Made by a program: the position numbers and the translations under genes. Below, in pieces: positions 61,769-64,000 of a DNA stretch of 64,000 nucleotides. Each line of letters opens with the position of its first letter. Positions within the stretch are counted from its first letter, which is position 1. The notes below the pieces were generated by a model. The model saw only the letters and a list, made by a program, of their open reading frames with translations. It searched no databases and had not been told where the DNA came from. Origin of the DNA: Lytechinus pictus (Eukaryota); the NCBI RefSeq assembly GCF_037042905.1, contig NC_087251.1, forward strand, positions 46,316,001 to 46,380,000, given 5' to 3'.

Positions 61769-62253
61769 AGGGGAAGTTTACCCTGAAGAAAAGTTTGTTG
61801 TGAAAATAGCAGAAAAAATAATAAAAAGTATTGGTGAAGGTTTTGAGGAACATAAGGATAGATTAAGGAAGTTATTAGAATCTTAAGTTTTGGATTTGTG
61901 ACATCATAAACGAGCAGAGCTCTGCCCCATATGTTATATGTAAAATGCATCAATTTCATTTTTTTAATGGTTCGTGATGACTTATTTTTGTTTTCTTTGT
62001 AGGAACATGTGTGAAATGATTTGTCCATTGATATACTGAAGGTACAGTGAAGACCATATATTCAATTTTCTTAGAAAATTACATTTCATTGATTTTTTAC
62101 CAAACGATATGTAGGAAAGCTGCTTACATTTGACGTCACAAATTAAACTTTTAATAACTTTTTTATTTTTTGATGGATTTTCTCAAATCTTGGCTTCAGA
62201 AATATTTTAAATATTTTTTGTACAATAAACTTTTTGTCAATGTGAATTTCCCT
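61769..62253. mobile_element. TTAA-flanked MITE, family B (fragments also near 2300-2490 and 21180-21364)
   Basis: TTAA|AGGGGAAGTTTAC ... GTGAATTTCCCT|TTAA. Confidence 0.75.
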
Positions 62254-62285
62254 TTAAGTACTTTCCCTCTAAATGAGTTATATTT

Positions 62286-62695
62286 ACCGTGTTTACACGC
62301 TGCATAAAAAAAGCCGATGCAGAATCGGCTTTTTTGTTACATGTAAACGCGATTAACTTGCATCGGCTCTCGGTTCAGAATCGGCAATTTTGCACCACCA
62401 AAGTAGAAGGTTCAGAACTGCGAGCCGATGCAGGATCGGCTTTTTTTCTACGTGTAAACAGAAAGCCGATTCTGCATCGGCAATTGGCGCGTATTTCATT
62501 CACTTTACCATTATGACGTACAAGGATCCAGCGTTGTCTTTATTATGACGTGTATTGTTGTTGGCCGATCTTTTCAGGTTTTTGCCACGCGAGCCGATTT
62601 TGCACTGCGAGCTGGAACAGCGTGTAAACGCAGTGCAAGATAAACCAAAAGCCGTTTGGTTCTGAACCAAATGCCGATCACGTGTAAACATGGTG
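62286..62695. mobile_element. MITE
   Basis: ACCGTGTTTACACG / CGTGTAAACATGGT termini, internal AGCCGAT repeats. Confidence 0.7.
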
Positions 62696-62816
62696 ATAAT
62701 TGAGTTTAAACCAAAAGAGCATTTTTAAGAAAACTTGCTTCAGTTGCTTGTCAAGTAAGTTTGAATATGAGTTGGATTCAGTATAGGTGAATAGTCCTTC
62801 AATTTTCTTACCTTAA

Positions 62817-63203
62817 AGGTAAATGCCAGTTGTGGTAACGATATCAAAATGAGTTCGTACAGAATCCAGTGAAATGACCACCAAAGTGTCTGTTTGTATA
62901 AATAAAACATATGTGCCAAAGAATTCTGGAAGAAATTTTGTAATTGCTGAGAAATCAGCAAATAAGCACAGGATTTGGGTCAAGCGTCGGGCCGACATTC
63001 AAGGCAATAATAATACACTGTCCCACTTGCGCTTATCTGTGTTGGTGATCTTCAGTGTAAACATTTTTCAGCGTAGATTTCACGAAGTTCAGTTTATGTA
63101 ACTGTACCAGATCTAGATCCTCGATGATATACTGACAATTAAGCCTGGTTTACAGACTTTCTCATGAAATCAGTGTTTACTGCAACTATACTGGCATTTC
63201 TCT
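62817..63203. mobile_element. TTAA-flanked MITE
   Basis: TTAA|AGGTAAATGCCAGT...ACTGGCATTTCTCT|TTAA. Confidence 0.7.
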
Positions 63204-63411
63204 TTAAGCAATACATGTACTAGACCTCATTAAATTTTGCTTTTTACATTTTGCTAGTTTCCAAAATGTTCTTCCCATATTTTAAAGGGATCCATCTCCC
63301 AATTGCAGTTTGCAGTATGAATGATTTTCACTCTCAGAAATTCATCTCGACTATACATTTTGCATATTCTGCAGAGACAGAGAGTTTGGTTCAATCATGA
63401 AATTTGTTGAT

Positions 63412-63682
63412 AAAATTGTGAGAAGTACGTAGTTCCTACACTTGGGTGGAGAGTGGCAAATGTAGATAAATGCCTTGCCAAATGACCCAAGTGAAAACTA
63501 AAAATTGTGAGAAGTACGTAGTTCCTACACTTGGGTGGAGAGTGGCAAATGTAGATAAATGCCTTGCCAAATGACCCAAGTGAAAACTAAAACTTGTGAG
63601 AAGTACGTAGTTCCTGCACTTGGGTGGAGAGTGGCAAATGTAGATACATGTAAATGCCTTGCCAAATGACCCAAGTGAAAAT
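63412..63682. repeat. 89-bp tandem repeat x3, SINE-derived
   Basis: Period 89; core tgggtggagagtggcaaatgtagataaatgccttgccaaa matches the SINE body near 17500-17540. Confidence 0.9.
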
Positions 63683-63793
63683 AATAATAATTCATTCTCA
63701 TTTCTATTTATGATATTGTTGTCGTTTAAATCTTTCTTCAGAAAGATTACTCTAAATGCAAGAGCAATTATGTAAATTGAGTTCTAATATTAA

Positions 63794-64000
63794 AGGACAA
63801 GTCCACCCCAACAAAAACTTTATTTGAATAAAAAGAGAAAAATCCAACAAGCATAACACTGAAAATCAGATGTAAAATAAGAAAGCTATGACATTTTTAA
63901 GTTTCGCTTAATTTCACAAAACAGTTATATGCACATCCTGGTTATTATGCGAATGAGGGGACTAATGACATCATCCACTCACTATTTCTTTTGTATTTCA
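63794..64000. mobile_element. Family A MITE, cut by the window end
   Basis: TTAA|AGGACAAGTCCACCCC start. Confidence 0.8.

Overview
AT-rich, repeat-dense animal genomic DNA. The repeat families suggest an invertebrate deuterostome, probably a sea urchin (inference). Two spliced + strand genes can be rebuilt by hand with consistent splice phases. (1) A Mis18-binding protein 1 (M18BP1/KNL2) gene: 15 coding exons, 2829-29478, 5' end not found, with a SANTA domain, CENP-C-like motif, SANT domain, one GC-AG intron and two locally duplicated exons. (2) A complete 14-exon CCT4 (TCP-1 delta) gene, 38416-55937, 531 aa. The main non-coding result is five paralogous box C/D snoRNAs, one each in CCT4 introns 5, 7, 8, 9 and 11, all carrying the U58/SNORD58-type guide CTTAGGACACCT against 28S rRNA. 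Two of them share about 165 bp of downstream flank, and intron 10 holds a sense-strand complement of the guide. The rest is nested hAT elements with target-site duplications, TTAA-flanked MITEs, palindromic MITEs, tRNA-derived SINEs, L2/CR1 LINE fragments and several tandem repeats. A possible first exon of a third gene lies near 58.6-58.9 kb. Almost all ORFs in the supplied track are spurious.
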